Source of the DNA: a virus
Taxonomy: Duplodnaviria > Caudoviricetes
Direction: 5' to 3' (one strand)
DNA length: 61,500 nucleotides
Virus record (IMG/VR): IMGVR_UViG_3300017740_002729
Coordinates: 1 to 61,500 of that record
Shown one piece after another: positions 37,382-49,400 of the stretch (the first letter of the stretch is position 1; the number at the start of each line of letters is the position of its first letter). Position numbers and translations under genes: made by a program. Under the pieces are notes generated by a model. It was not told the DNA's origin. It worked only from the letters and a program-made list of their open reading frames with translations, and ran no database searches.

Positions 37382-38390
37382 ATATAATCTTAGTAGTAAT
37401 TCTCTAACACTATTACGGGGCAATAATACTTTGTTTCAAATGGAAGATGAGAGATACACAACAATGATTAATGTTTTTAACAAATACAAAAAAACAGAAA
37501 AAAATATTGCATTTATAGAATGTGATTCTTTGATACTAAAATGTTTAGAACACATAAATACGACTAAATTTGCACAATCATATGACAAAGTTATTTTATG
37601 GGCATCTGAATTGTATTGGGATAGTTGTGATAATGAAAATGATATAAATAAAATATTAGATGATAATGTTCATATTATATTTAATTTTTTTAGAAAAGAT
37701 TCACCATTTAAATTAAAAACTAAATCATATTGTTCTATCGGTTCTTTTGGTGATATCACACAAATGTATTTAAACAAATATAATTTTGAAATAAATTTAA
37801 ATACTAAATATAATTTAATTTGTAAGTTTGGTAGACCAAATTCACATAGAACGGAAGTTTATAATAAGCTAAAAAATTTACCAAATTTTACCTATAGTAT
37901 AAATAACTTTGAAGCTTATGATGGGGAAGCAACAGAGCTTATAAAAAAAACATTCGAATCAGAAAAACATTTAAAAGGTGATTTTAAATCATATCACCTA
38001 CCTAATGAAGATTTTGAATCATTCGCTGAATTAATAACAGAAACAAGATTATCACAATTTAAAGAAAGTAATCGATTAATATCAGCAACAGAAAAGACAT
38101 TAAAAGGATTTATGTTTAAAAGACCAAACATAACCTTTGTACAACCAGAAGTATATTCCTACTTAGAAAGCTTTGGATTTAAATTTCCAAATATATTAGG
38201 AATGGATTCTAAAACAAAACAACTTGAGATTTGTAAGGATATAACCTTACTATCTAAAGTACAATGTAAGGATATAACCTTACAAAATAAAGATGTATAT
38301 GAAAGTAATTTCAATACACTTATAGATTTTTTAAAGTATCATCGAACCAAATTTGATGAAATAGTAAAAGAAATAATATATGATAATTAA
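37362..38390 (+). CDS. Hypothetical protein (possibly glycan-related)
   Basis: GRPNSHR, LITET, ATEKTLKGF..KRP, YLESFGFK; start codon uncertain. Confidence 0.6.
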   Translation: MMISLFKYNLSSNSLTLLRGNNTLFQMEDERYTTMINVFNKYKKTEKNIAFIECDSLILKCLEHINTTKFAQSYDKVILWASELYWDSCDNENDINKILDDNVHIIFNFFRKDSPFKLKTKSYCSIGSFGDITQMYLNKYNFEINLNTKYNLICKFGRPNSHRTEVYNKLKNLPNFTYSINNFEAYDGEATELIKKTFESEKHLKGDFKSYHLPNEDFESFAELITETRLSQFKESNRLISATEKTLKGFMFKRPNITFVQPEVYSYLESFGFKFPNILGMDSKTKQLEICKDITLLSKVQCKDITLQNKDVYESNFNTLIDFLKYHRTKFDEIVKEIIYDN

Positions 38391-41300
38391 TAAAGTTTAT
38401 CACTTAGCGGATTTGCACATCCGTAATTTAAAAAGGCACAAAGAATATAGAGAAGTATTCAACAAATTCTTAAAACAAGTAAAGGATGATAAATTAGAGG
38501 ATTCTTTAATTTATATAGGTGGAGATATCGCTCATGCTAAAACTGAGATGTCACCTGAATTAGTTCAAGAGATAAGTTGGTTCTTAACGGAATGTGCTAA
38601 ACTCAGAGAAGTAGTACTTATTACTGGTAATCACGATTGTAACTTAAACAATAACTACAGATTAGATGTACTCACCCCAATTATCGAAAATCTTAGTAAT
38701 CCTCGTATCCATTATTTACGTGATACTGGTATTTACCCTATTCACAACCTTACTTTTTGCGTATATTCTATTATGGATAATCAAAAGAATTGGCCTAATG
38801 GTAATGATGTTGAGGGAGAAAATACAATCTGTTTATTTCATGGACCGGTAAATGATTCTACAACTGATATAGGATATACTGTATCATCAAATTCATTTAC
38901 ATCAGATATGTTTGATGGATTCGATATGGTAATGATGGGTGATATCCACAAAAGACAAACAATCGGTGGAGGAACAATCGCATATTGTGGTTCTATGATT
39001 CAACAGAATCATGGTGAAACCTTAGATAGACACGGATACTTATTGTGGGATATTCCAACTCGTACATTTACTGAACATGATATTCATAATGATTATGGGT
39101 TCTATACTTTAGATGTAAACAATGGAATTGTGCCTGATGTAACTGATATGCCTAAGAAACCTCGATTAAGAGTAAGGATATCAAATACAGACCCATCACA
39201 AATTAAAAGAGCTATAACCCAAATAAAGAAAAAGTATAAGGTGCAGGAATTTACTGTAACTCGAATGGATACTTTATCTAAACGAAAGGTTGGTGATTTC
39301 GATAACAAACTCGCTATCGGTAATGTTAGAGATGTGGAGTTCCAAAACGAACTTATCAAAGATTACTTAGAAAGACAATATTTGGCAGATAATGATACTA
39401 TAGATAAGATACAGCAAATCAATAGAGATATTAATACCAAACTTACAGATGATGATGTAACTCCCAATATACAATGGATACCACAATCATTTGAATTTAC
39501 TAATATGTTCTCTTATGGGGAGGATAACAAAGTAGACTTTACTAAAACAAAAGGTATCGTTGGTATATTTGCTCCTAATGCTAGTGGTAAATCCTCTCTG
39601 TTCGATGCTTTATCATTTTGTGTATATGATAAGACAAGTAGAACGTACATCGCTAAGAACATCTTAAACAACCGAAAAACAAACTTTAGATGTAAACTAC
39701 ACTTTACGATAGATGATATTGATTACCATATAGAAAGAAGAGCTAAGTTAATTAACCACGGAAGAAATCTAAAGGTTGATGTTGATTTCTATAAAGTAGA
39801 AGATGGATATACTACTTCATTAAATGGGGAACAACGAAAGGATACGAATAAGAACATTATTCAATATTTAGGAACGTATGAGGATTTCGTACTAACTGCT
39901 TTATCTTTGCAGGGTAATAACGCATTATTCATTGATAAATCCCAAAGTGAGAGAAAGGAGATATTAGCTCAATTTATGGGAGTAGATATCTTTGATAAAC
40001 TATATGGATTGGCAGGAGATGAGAATAGAGATAACGCATCACTCATCAGAAAATTTAAGTCAGACGATTTTACGACTCGATTAGCCGATATAGAAAATAA
40101 CCTTAAATCCGATAGAGTAGATTATAAAGAGTTAGAAGATGAGCAATCTTTAGTAAAGGATAAGGAGGAAGTTTTAAATAAAAAGATTATATCTCTTAAT
40201 GAGAAGATTGTAAAATTAAATGCCGATAGTGGAGTTAGTATTGAGGAATTAGAAAAACGAAAAGGTATTTTAGATAAAAAGATTGATACCATAAGTAAAA
40301 GTAAAGATTCGATTCAAGATAGAATTACTCATAGAGAAGAATTACAAATACAATTGGATGAAGTATTGGATAAGTTTGATGAAGAAGTATTGAATAAAAA
40401 CATAACTTCTCTATATGAAACATTAACAGAATCGGATAAAATAAAATCTGAAATAGATAAAATCCAAATCAAATTAGATTCTTTGTATGAAAGAAAAGAG
40501 CATTTAGATTCACATAAATACAACGAAGATTGTGAGATATGTATGGAAAACTCTGAAACTATTTTAGACCAAAAAGAAAAAGTAAATACTAAAATAAAAG
40601 ATGAGGAAGAAAGTTTACAAACATTTAATCAAAGTTATTTAGATACGGATGTAAAGGTAAAATCATTAAAACCATATGAAGCAGAATGGAAACTTTTTCA
40701 AGAAGCTAAGGAAAAAGAAAATAAAATAGATAGAGAAATATCAGGACTTATTAACAAGTTATCAACAACCGAAACTGAAGAATATAAGATTTCTACTCAA
40801 ATTACTCAACAAGAGCAACTTATAAAAGAATATTATAAGAATGAAAAGCAAATAAAAAAGAATAAAGAAATTAGAGATGAAATAGTAGATGTTCGTACTG
40901 ATTTAGATAAAGTTAAACAAATCATAAAAAACAACAATACAGATATCCTTTCATTAAATGGTAAGATTTCTGCTTTACAAAATCAAAAAGAAACTATCGA
41001 AGATAGAATCAATGAAGTAACTGAATTAGAAGAAACACATAATCTATTTGAATATTACCTTAATTCTTTAGGTAGAGATGGTGTATCATATGAACTAATT
41101 CAAAAGGCACTTCCTATGATTGAGGGTGAGATAAACAATATATTAGGACAGATTGTGGATTTCGGAATGCAATTGGAAATGGATGGTAAGAGTATAAACG
41201 CATTTATTGTTTACGATGACCAGAAGTGGGGATTGGAAATGTGTAGTGGTATGGAGAGGTTCATATCAGGTTTAGCAATTAGAATCGCTCTAATCAATGT

Positions 41301-41514
41301 ATGTAACCTTCCTAGACCCAACTTTTTGGTAATCGATGAAGGATTTGGAACACTGGATAACGAAAATCTCCAGTCTTTGTATATGTTATTTGCATATCTA
41401 AAAACTCAATTTGAATTTGTTATGATTATATCACATATAGATTCTATGAGGGATGCAGTAGATACGATTGTTGAAATTAAAAAAGTAAATGGATTTAGTA
41501 ACGTAAAATATTAG
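38380..41514 (+). CDS. Fused SbcD/Mre11 nuclease and SbcC/Rad50 ATPase (gp47-gp46-like)
   Basis: ADLH, GGD, GNHD, FHG, GDIH phosphoesterase motifs; NASGKSS Walker A; CEIC zinc hook; SGMERF signature; IDEGFGTLD; ISH. Confidence 0.92.
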   Translation: MIINKVYHLADLHIRNLKRHKEYREVFNKFLKQVKDDKLEDSLIYIGGDIAHAKTEMSPELVQEISWFLTECAKLREVVLITGNHDCNLNNNYRLDVLTPIIENLSNPRIHYLRDTGIYPIHNLTFCVYSIMDNQKNWPNGNDVEGENTICLFHGPVNDSTTDIGYTVSSNSFTSDMFDGFDMVMMGDIHKRQTIGGGTIAYCGSMIQQNHGETLDRHGYLLWDIPTRTFTEHDIHNDYGFYTLDVNNGIVPDVTDMPKKPRLRVRISNTDPSQIKRAITQIKKKYKVQEFTVTRMDTLSKRKVGDFDNKLAIGNVRDVEFQNELIKDYLERQYLADNDTIDKIQQINRDINTKLTDDDVTPNIQWIPQSFEFTNMFSYGEDNKVDFTKTKGIVGIFAPNASGKSSLFDALSFCVYDKTSRTYIAKNILNNRKTNFRCKLHFTIDDIDYHIERRAKLINHGRNLKVDVDFYKVEDGYTTSLNGEQRKDTNKNIIQYLGTYEDFVLTALSLQGNNALFIDKSQSERKEILAQFMGVDIFDKLYGLAGDENRDNASLIRKFKSDDFTTRLADIENNLKSDRVDYKELEDEQSLVKDKEEVLNKKIISLNEKIVKLNADSGVSIEELEKRKGILDKKIDTISKSKDSIQDRITHREELQIQLDEVLDKFDEEVLNKNITSLYETLTESDKIKSEIDKIQIKLDSLYERKEHLDSHKYNEDCEICMENSETILDQKEKVNTKIKDEEESLQTFNQSYLDTDVKVKSLKPYEAEWKLFQEAKEKENKIDREISGLINKLSTTETEEYKISTQITQQEQLIKEYYKNEKQIKKNKEIRDEIVDVRTDLDKVKQIIKNNNTDILSLNGKISALQNQKETIEDRINEVTELEETHNLFEYYLNSLGRDGVSYELIQKALPMIEGEINNILGQIVDFGMQLEMDGKSINAFIVYDDQKWGLEMCSGMERFISGLAIRIALINVCNLPRPNFLVIDEGFGTLDNENLQSLYMLFAYLKTQFEFVMIISHIDSMRDAVDTIVEIKKVNGFSNVKY

Positions 41515-41515
41515 T

Positions 41516-42397
41516 ATGAAAATAAGAGTAGTAGTTACGGGTGGAGCAGGATTTATTGGTTCTTCGTTTGCTAACTTATGTGTTAGTAAAGGATTAGATG
41601 TTTTGGTAGTAGATAAACTAACATACGCTTCTAACGTAGATATCATTCCAAAAATACCAATACTAAAAAAAGATATATGTGATGTAACCGAAGAAGATTT
41701 AGGTGAGTATGATTTTTTAGTAAACTTTGCAGCTGAATCTCATGTTGATAACTCAATCAAAGATGGTAAACCCTTCGTTAAATCTAATATAGAAGGAACA
41801 TACAATCTTTTAGAATTGGCAAGAAAAAATCCAAAATTACAAAAGTTTGTACAAATCAGTACCGATGAGGTTTATGGTGATTTAGATTTATTAGATATCG
41901 ATGCATCGTTTGAACAAAACTTTTTATATCCATCATCCTATTACTCAGCAACAAAAGCATCAGCTGATATGTTAGTTTATAGTTGTGGGCATACGTTTGG
42001 ATTACCTTATGTTATAACTCGTACCTGTAACAACTTTGGTATCAACCAACATAGTGAAAAGTTTATTCCTACAATCATGCGTTCTATAAAAGAGGATAAA
42101 CCAATACCTGTCTATGGTGATGGTAAACAAATTAGAGAATGGATTTGGGTTGAGGATAATGTTAAAGAAATATTAAAACTAATGTTGTACAAAGAAGGTA
42201 CTTACAATATTGGTAGTGGTGATACTTTACAAAACATAGATATTGTAGCTCATATAGCATTCCTTTTAGGTAAAGCACCTAAGTATGAATTTGTTGAGGA
42301 TAGAAAAGGACACGATAGAAGATACACATTGGATACGGATTTTGAAAAACCGAATATAACAAAAACGTTATTTCAATATTTAAAAGAACAATTATGA
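41516..42397 (+). CDS. rmlB: dTDP-glucose 4,6-dehydratase
   Basis: TGGAGFIGS, DKLTYA, AAESHVDNS, STDEVYG, YSATK, DRKGHDRRY. Confidence 0.93.
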   Translation: MKIRVVVTGGAGFIGSSFANLCVSKGLDVLVVDKLTYASNVDIIPKIPILKKDICDVTEEDLGEYDFLVNFAAESHVDNSIKDGKPFVKSNIEGTYNLLELARKNPKLQKFVQISTDEVYGDLDLLDIDASFEQNFLYPSSYYSATKASADMLVYSCGHTFGLPYVITRTCNNFGINQHSEKFIPTIMRSIKEDKPIPVYGDGKQIREWIWVEDNVKEILKLMLYKEGTYNIGSGDTLQNIDIVAHIAFLLGKAPKYEFVEDRKGHDRRYTLDTDFEKPNITKTLFQYLKEQL

Positions 42398-43227
42398 AAA
42401 TAGGAATAATAGGACAGGGATTTGTTGGTAATGCGATTTACCAAAAGTTTAAAAACTACTTTGATGTATTAACTTATGATTTAGATAAATCAAAGTGTAA
42501 TTCTACATTTGGTGATTTGATGATGTGTAATACTATATTTTTATGTTTACCCACACCAATGAATATGGATGGAAGTTGTAATGTTGATATTGTACAAAAC
42601 ACATTATCAGAAATAGATTTAATTGCAGATAATCAAGAAGTTAAAAAAACTATAGTAATAAAATCTACGGTATCACCTGGTACAACAAAAAAATGGAACT
42701 CCTTATATCAATCATTAGATATAGTTTTTAATCCAGAGTTTTTAACTGAAGCAAATGCGGTTGATGATTTTAATAATCAAAATAGAATTATATTAGGAGG
42801 ACCAAGACCAGCTACTACAGAATTAAGAAGATTATATTCTAAGGTATTTCCAAAGGCACATATTATAAAAACTGATTCAACTCATGCTGAAATGGTAAAA
42901 TATTTAACTAATTCGTTTTTAGCAACTAAAGTTTCTTTTGCTAATGAAATGTATCAAGTCTGTGAAAAGTTAAATATTGATTACGATAAAGTAGTTGAGT
43001 ATGCAACTTTAGATGATAGGTTAGGAAAATCACATTGGAATGTACCAGGACCAGATGGAGATTTTGGATTCGGAGGACATTGTTTACCAAAAGATTTACA
43101 TGCATTAATATCATTAGCACATGACTTAAATGTACAACCACGAATACTAACAGCAGTTGATTCTAAAAACAATGATGTTAGAACAGATAAAGATTGGAAA
43201 AGAATGAAAGGGAGGGCAGTTATTTAG
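42394..43227 (+). CDS. UDP-glucose/GDP-mannose dehydrogenase family protein (short form)
   Basis: GQGFVG, CLPTP, IKST, NPEFL, AEMVKY, GFGGHCLPKD. Confidence 0.9.
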   Translation: MKIGIIGQGFVGNAIYQKFKNYFDVLTYDLDKSKCNSTFGDLMMCNTIFLCLPTPMNMDGSCNVDIVQNTLSEIDLIADNQEVKKTIVIKSTVSPGTTKKWNSLYQSLDIVFNPEFLTEANAVDDFNNQNRIILGGPRPATTELRRLYSKVFPKAHIIKTDSTHAEMVKYLTNSFLATKVSFANEMYQVCEKLNIDYDKVVEYATLDDRLGKSHWNVPGPDGDFGFGGHCLPKDLHALISLAHDLNVQPRILTAVDSKNNDVRTDKDWKRMKGRAVI

Positions 43228-43375
43228 TAACTCTTAGTACTTCACCTTCAAATGTTATTTCCCTTCTGATTAATCTCTCTACTAACCCACTTAACGTATA
43301 TCCGTTTTCTTCACAATACTCATGTAATTTTGCATGAGTTTCTTTTTTTATTTGTATTGTTGTGTATTTTCCCAT
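43220..43375 (-). CDS. Ribbon-helix-helix DNA-binding protein, 51 aa (not in ORF track)
   Basis: MGKYTTIQIKKETHAKLHEYCEENGYTLSGLVERLIRREITF...: beta strand, helix, G-turn-S, helix. Confidence 0.75.
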   Translation of the reverse strand: MGKYTTIQIKKETHAKLHEYCEENGYTLSGLVERLIRREITFEGEVLRVTK

Positions 43376-43376
43376 A

Positions 43377-43396
43377 ATCTATAGAATTCTATAGAT
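43377..43396. promoter_or_regulatory. Perfect 20-bp palindrome ATCTATAGAATTCTATAGAT (putative operator)
   Basis: Self-complementary; 1 nt from the RHH start codon. Confidence 0.7.
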
Positions 43397-43423
43397 AAAT
43401 AGAGTGAGAATATTTTTTCAATA

Positions 43424-43431
43424 TATTTATG
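43424..43431 (+). promoter_or_regulatory. Putative late promoter, variant TATTTATG
   Basis: Immediately upstream of the tail fibre gene. Confidence 0.55.
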
Positions 43432-43434
43432 TGT

Positions 43435-46400
43435 ATGGGAATTATAAAAAAGTACGGAACACTTCATAAACTAAAGAATAAACAACCATTTATACTTGAT
43501 AGAAATCCAGCATCAGACTATTTCAATATTACAGAATTTCCTGAAACATTTGGTGGTGGAAAAAATGGATTCTTAATAGAAGGTTCGCCTTTATTAAAAC
43601 CATCTACAAAGTTAAAAATAGATATTACAGATGTAGATGGTAATGCTATATATTTTGAACCAGCTACAAGTAATGGTAAAACATTTTATGATGGTACATC
43701 AGCCGTTGTATCAGTTTGGGTATATGATGATACTCCGATTGGTATTGGTGAGATTACTATAATGGGTGAATTGACTCATTTTATTGATGAGAGGGGAGTT
43801 AAAAGACCTGTACCTGAAAAGTGGGAAGATACATATAATGTAAAGTGGACTCGTAGATTCAAAGTAAATTCAGGTTTACCAAATAAAGAAAAAGTTAGGT
43901 TTTTCAAAAAACCAGTTGTTACTATAGATGAAATAGTAAAGCAGGTTTATATAAAAGAAATACCATCGATTACTCAAACAGGTAGTGTTGATGGATTTGC
44001 AGGAACACCTGAAGAAGGACAGGATTTATCTACTTGGACTGCTGGTACTTTTTACAAAATAAAATTAGATACAGATAACCCATCTCAACCAGGATTTTCA
44101 CAAAGTATGGATGAGACTATCATATCTATTCCAAGTTTAGGATACAATCCAACAATTAAAGAAGTTGTAACACCAACCGATTTATTAGTAGATGTTCCAT
44201 TTACACAAAAAGGATTAGTATCTAACTTCCAAGATGCTCCGTATAGTGTAACCTTTGAAGCAACAGAAGACCAAGTGCTTGGGGAAACTTCACTAACAGG
44301 TTCATTTGCTGATATTAAAATAACAAATTTAAAAACATTTACTGGTGATGTAGCTAGAGTAAAAATATTTAGAAAATCAAGAAATGAAGTAGGTGATTTT
44401 CAATTCGTTCAAGAAACAAAGTTAGAATCAGCTGAATTATTAAGAAATGTAACAAACACATCGGATACTATAATTGAATATGGTAACTTAAATTCATTTA
44501 ATGTTGCAAATTTCTTCGTATCGCATTCTACTGGTGTTCAATTAAATAATGATAAATTAATAAATTCTATGTTTTTAGAAAGTGATGGTTTAATCCACAC
44601 TTCTGAATCTATAGATTTTGTTAGTGGTTCTGAATATACATTATCTTATAGGGTTAGAAAAAACGGATTTAGTGAAACTGATAAATTATACTTTTCTATT
44701 AGTGGTTCATCCACATCACAAAGTATAGATATAGTATCAGCATCTGTAGCTAACGAATTTGGTTCGAATGGATACAATCAATCTAAAAAGATAACTAAAA
44801 ACTTTATATCAACAATAAGTGGTTCAGCTAATTTAAATATTCAAGCTGATAATCCAACTGCTAATGAATTTCATATAGCTAATCTAAGTTTAAAATCAGC
44901 AGAACAAACATCGTTTTCACCTGATGAATTTAATACGATTATTGATATACCAAGAAAAGGTGTTGCGGAACAATTTGATTTTAAATTTGAGTTTTACGAT
45001 ATTAATAATAACTTTATTCCAATAACAGTAACATCAACTAAAAACTTTACTGGTGGTAATACATCTGAAATATCTAAACTTACAAAGTTCTTAAACTTTG
45101 AATCAAACAAAACCGCATTTAGATTTACAACAGGTTCATTTGGTAGTCCTGAGAATCAATCATTAGGATTTAAAACACAATTTAACTTATTAACTGGTTC
45201 GGTAACATATCTTTCATCAGCATTTGATACGGAAGGTAACTACATTGTACCATCTGCCTATACTCAAAGTGGGGCTCATACATATCCGGGTGCTTTAACT
45301 AACACCTCTATTAATGGAGCTACATTAACAATTGCATCATTCTCTGGTTCAAGACATAATGAACAATATGGTAGTGGTGGTGGTGAATCAACCATTGTAG
45401 TTGGTTCTATAACATACACCGCATCTATGGAAGGTGGGGAGCATGAAGAATTTGAAACAGTATACAGATTTGAAGATGGTGATTCAGCAGCTGCAATTAT
45501 AGCAACTGCAAACCAATCAAACTTTGTATATAGAGCATCTACATTAAACCCAGACCCAACAAGTCAAACAATATTAATTAATGTAGCTAGAAAAAACTTA
45601 GGTGGACCAAACAAACCGATAGAAATAAACTCAGCATCAGCCGAAGGAACTCCACCACCATTAACCGAAGTTACTGATTCTAATGGTATAAAAACTTTAT
45701 CACTTGGAGTTGATGCATATCCATTTACTGAAGGAACTACAACATACTCATTTACATCTTCGGATGATTTTAATATAGATTATTCAGATTCAGTTACAAT
45801 ATCGCCTGTAAAGATATTTGGTGGTGTATCCGTAACGTTAACAAATGAAAACGCATCGTTTGAAGCAACGCCTGTAGGTACAGTTGCTGCAGGTGATTTT
45901 GCTGCTAGTAGTGGTTCTATACAATTGAAAGTTGGTAATGAAGATATTACTTTTGATGATGATAATGATTCATCAACTGCTAATAACACATTTGCATTAA
46001 TAGGAGTTACGGGTTCAGGATGTACACCAAACTTTAATAATCCAGCCATAAACGAATATGGTATAACAGCGATGTCTCAAGATTCAGCATCATTGGAACT
46101 ACAGATAAGATATAAAGATGGTAGTGGTGATACAACGGATTTTTCTAAGACAGTAACTTATACAAAAACAAAACAAGCAACACCAAACATTGAAGTAGCA
46201 GCTACACCATCATCTCAAACAATCGCAGCTGATTCTAAAGGTAGTGGTTCTTCTGTACCTGATAGTATAGAAGTATCCGCAGTTGAGGGTGGTGTTGATA
46301 GATTTATTTCGATTGGTACACCTACATTTTCAAATGGATTAGCAGGTTCAACAGGTGGGTTAGCTAGTAAAGTAATAACTTTTACATCTAATGCATCAGC

Positions 46401-49400
46401 TATGACATCCGATACTGGTAGAATTGAAATTCCAATAAACTTTCAAGATGCAGATGGAGTAACGGGTCAAAAAAATGTAGTTTGTTCTGTAACGAGAGTA
46501 AAATCAGCACCACCTGTAATAGTTGTAAATGCTTCACCTGGTGCACAAACTATAGAAGCAACTTCATTTGGTACAGGTTCTGAAATACCAGACCCAATCA
46601 CAATAACAGCATTTGAAGGAACTACAAACGCATTTACATCTATGGTTGCTAGTGGTTCAAATGGAATGACTGGTAGTATAAGTAGTAATGTATTTACATA
46701 TACTACAAGCGCAACCAATATGGGAATTGGGCCAGATAATGCTAATATAACATTTACAATAACCCACACCGATTCAGAAGGAACTGTAGGTACTTCTAAT
46801 GTTATATCATCTGTAAGTAGAGTAAGAAAAGGAAAATCGGCATTCCAAATAATATTAGACCCACAAGTACAAACTGTAGTAAGTTCTTCATCCATTGCGG
46901 CTCCATCTTCATTTACAATTGCATTACAAGAAGGAGCAAACGCTTACACATATAGACATAGTTCATCTCCTGGTTCACCATACCAATTTAGTGTAAATGG
47001 TCTTACAAATGGTACAAACATATCATCAGCTGATGGTTCTTTAGTTACAATATTACCAACAACTCCATCTAATAATAATGGAACAAAGACAACAGTCTTA
47101 CTAAACATTATGGATGGTGAAGGTCAAACTTTTGTAGACCAAAAAGTTACACATATTGTTAACGTTAGTGGAGTAGGACCTGCTGGGGCACAAGGACCAC
47201 AAGGAAATCCGGGAGCACCCGGTTCTTCGGGTACTACCGCAGCTGGTATAGTATTTACAGGTAACTATTCTGCAGCAAAAACATATGTATCATCATCGGC
47301 TAGAATAGATGTTTGTGAATTAACAGATACAACCGCAGGAACAAACTTTTGGAAAGCAATTAGTTCTGGTTCATTAGGACAACCATCTCCATCATCATCA
47401 GATTGGGAAGCATTTGGAGAAGAGTTTGATTCAGTAGCTACAGATATTTTATTCGCTCAAGATGCATACGCTAATAGAACACTTAATGTTGGTACAAGCG
47501 GAAGTACAAAACCAGTCATAGCACTTAATTCAGATTTTGCTAATGATGGTGCTAATCCATTTATTGGAGTAAATGTTTCAGCATATGCAGCTTCTGAAGG
47601 AATGTATATGGGATATGATGGAGGAACGCCAAAATTAAGTTTAAAGGGTGGAGTAAGTGATGGATTCTTTACATGGGATGGAAGTAACTTAAATATACAA
47701 GGTTCAATTAATATAACAGGTGGAGCTACCGCTGATACGATATCACAATTAAATACAGCAACTGGTTCTCTATCTTCTGATATAAGTACGGCTGAAACAA
47801 ATGCTACAAATGCGGGACAAGCGGCTGCAGCAAATGCGGTAACAAGTGGTTCAACCGCTGCATCTACCGCCCAATCCAACGCTCAATCTTTTGCAACTAC
47901 GGCAGCAGGAAATGCTGCTACTTCTGCATCGAATGCTCAATCAACCGCAAATACAGCCAATTCAAATGCGAGTACTGCTCTAACTGCGGCTAATGCAGCT
48001 ATCGCTAGTAGTTCTACAGACCCAACAACTGGAAAATTAACTAAACCTTTTACACCAACTGGAGATGGTTTATTTTTAGGACCAGATAATTTAGGTTTCT
48101 ATAGTTCTTCAGATTGGAGAACATATATGTCATCAAGTGGTGATTTTGAATTAGCAGGTACAAGTGGATTCTTACAATGGAATGCTGGTTCATCATCTTT
48201 ACTAATACATGGTAGAGTTAGTGGTTCTCAAATAGAAGGAGGAACATTAGTAGGTTCATCTATTAGCATACCTACCGCAGAATCACCAAAATTCTCAGTT
48301 GATAGTAATGGAAATATGACTTGCCAAGACGCAACCATATCTGGTTCAATTAATGTTGATGATGGGGTTGTGGGATTGTGGCACGTAACTGATTCAGGTT
48401 CAGGTGGATTCTTTCAAAATGCTAGTGGAAAGCTTGGTGGAGGTGAAGCAACAATTATTTTAGACCCAACTACACCTGAGATGTTATTTAAATCTGGCGC
48501 AGCGGGTGGTAATTTTGAAACAAAATTAAGAATCAAACCAGGTGATGAATGGACTTCAACCTCTGGAGGTAATATCTCTATTAACGATATGGATATAGTG
48601 GAAGGTACTCCTTCCAATCCTACATCTGATTCTAGTAATACAAATTACGTTTACAATGAAGTTGCTGAAACTTTAACAGGAACAACATATACAATACCTG
48701 GTGGTACATTTGATTTGGGCTCAATACGAACACCATATTATTTAGAATTGGGAACACCTGGTACTGTTTCTGCTGGTAGTACTGATTATCCAAACTATTC
48801 TCCATCATACGCAAACCAACAACATCCGTTCTTTGGACAAAGTACCATATCTAAAGGATTTTCCGCGAACTTCTATTTGGAAGCAGTGAATCAAGCAGAT
48901 AGCTCAGTTACTACAGTACAATTATATAGTGCATTCGCTTCGGGACAATATGTAACTTCACCTTATTATCAATCCGAATCAACTGGATTTGGATTACAAT
49001 GGGTTTATAATGGTGGTACTACTATTTCTGCAACAAGTAATGGTGAAATAGCTGGTAGCTCTTCGGTAATTAATAACAAATCAATTACCTTAACCGCAGG
49101 TGATTATAAATTTAGATATAAATTAAAAGTTGGAGCAAGAAGTGGTAGAAGGGTTAACACCGATTCTTCAGGAAATCAGACACTTACATACCAAACCCAT
49201 ACCCTTAGTGGATTAAATTATGATTTGGGAAGTTTAACAAACTTTTTTCAAATAATAGTACCAACTAATGTTATTGATTTAACATCTAAAGGATTGCAGG
49301 TATTAAATGATTCCGATACATATGTTCAAATTAATAGATTAGGTAGTGGGTTTGGTTCACAACCAACTCTTGTAAATGTTAAAGGGGGTAAGGTTGCTAT

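Noticed and set aside
38232-38283. 19-bp direct repeat TGTAAGGATATAACCTTAC (CKDITL twice)
   Set aside because: In-frame 33-nt-spaced local duplication inside a hypothetical gene; only two copies and no sign of function
45780-48814. Several minus-strand ORFs inside the tail fibre, and similar ones at 2154, 3072, 15850, 17752, 25295, 27661, 39102, 52221 and 56977
   Set aside because: Antisense shadows of well-supported plus-strand genes, with no motifs or promoters of their own
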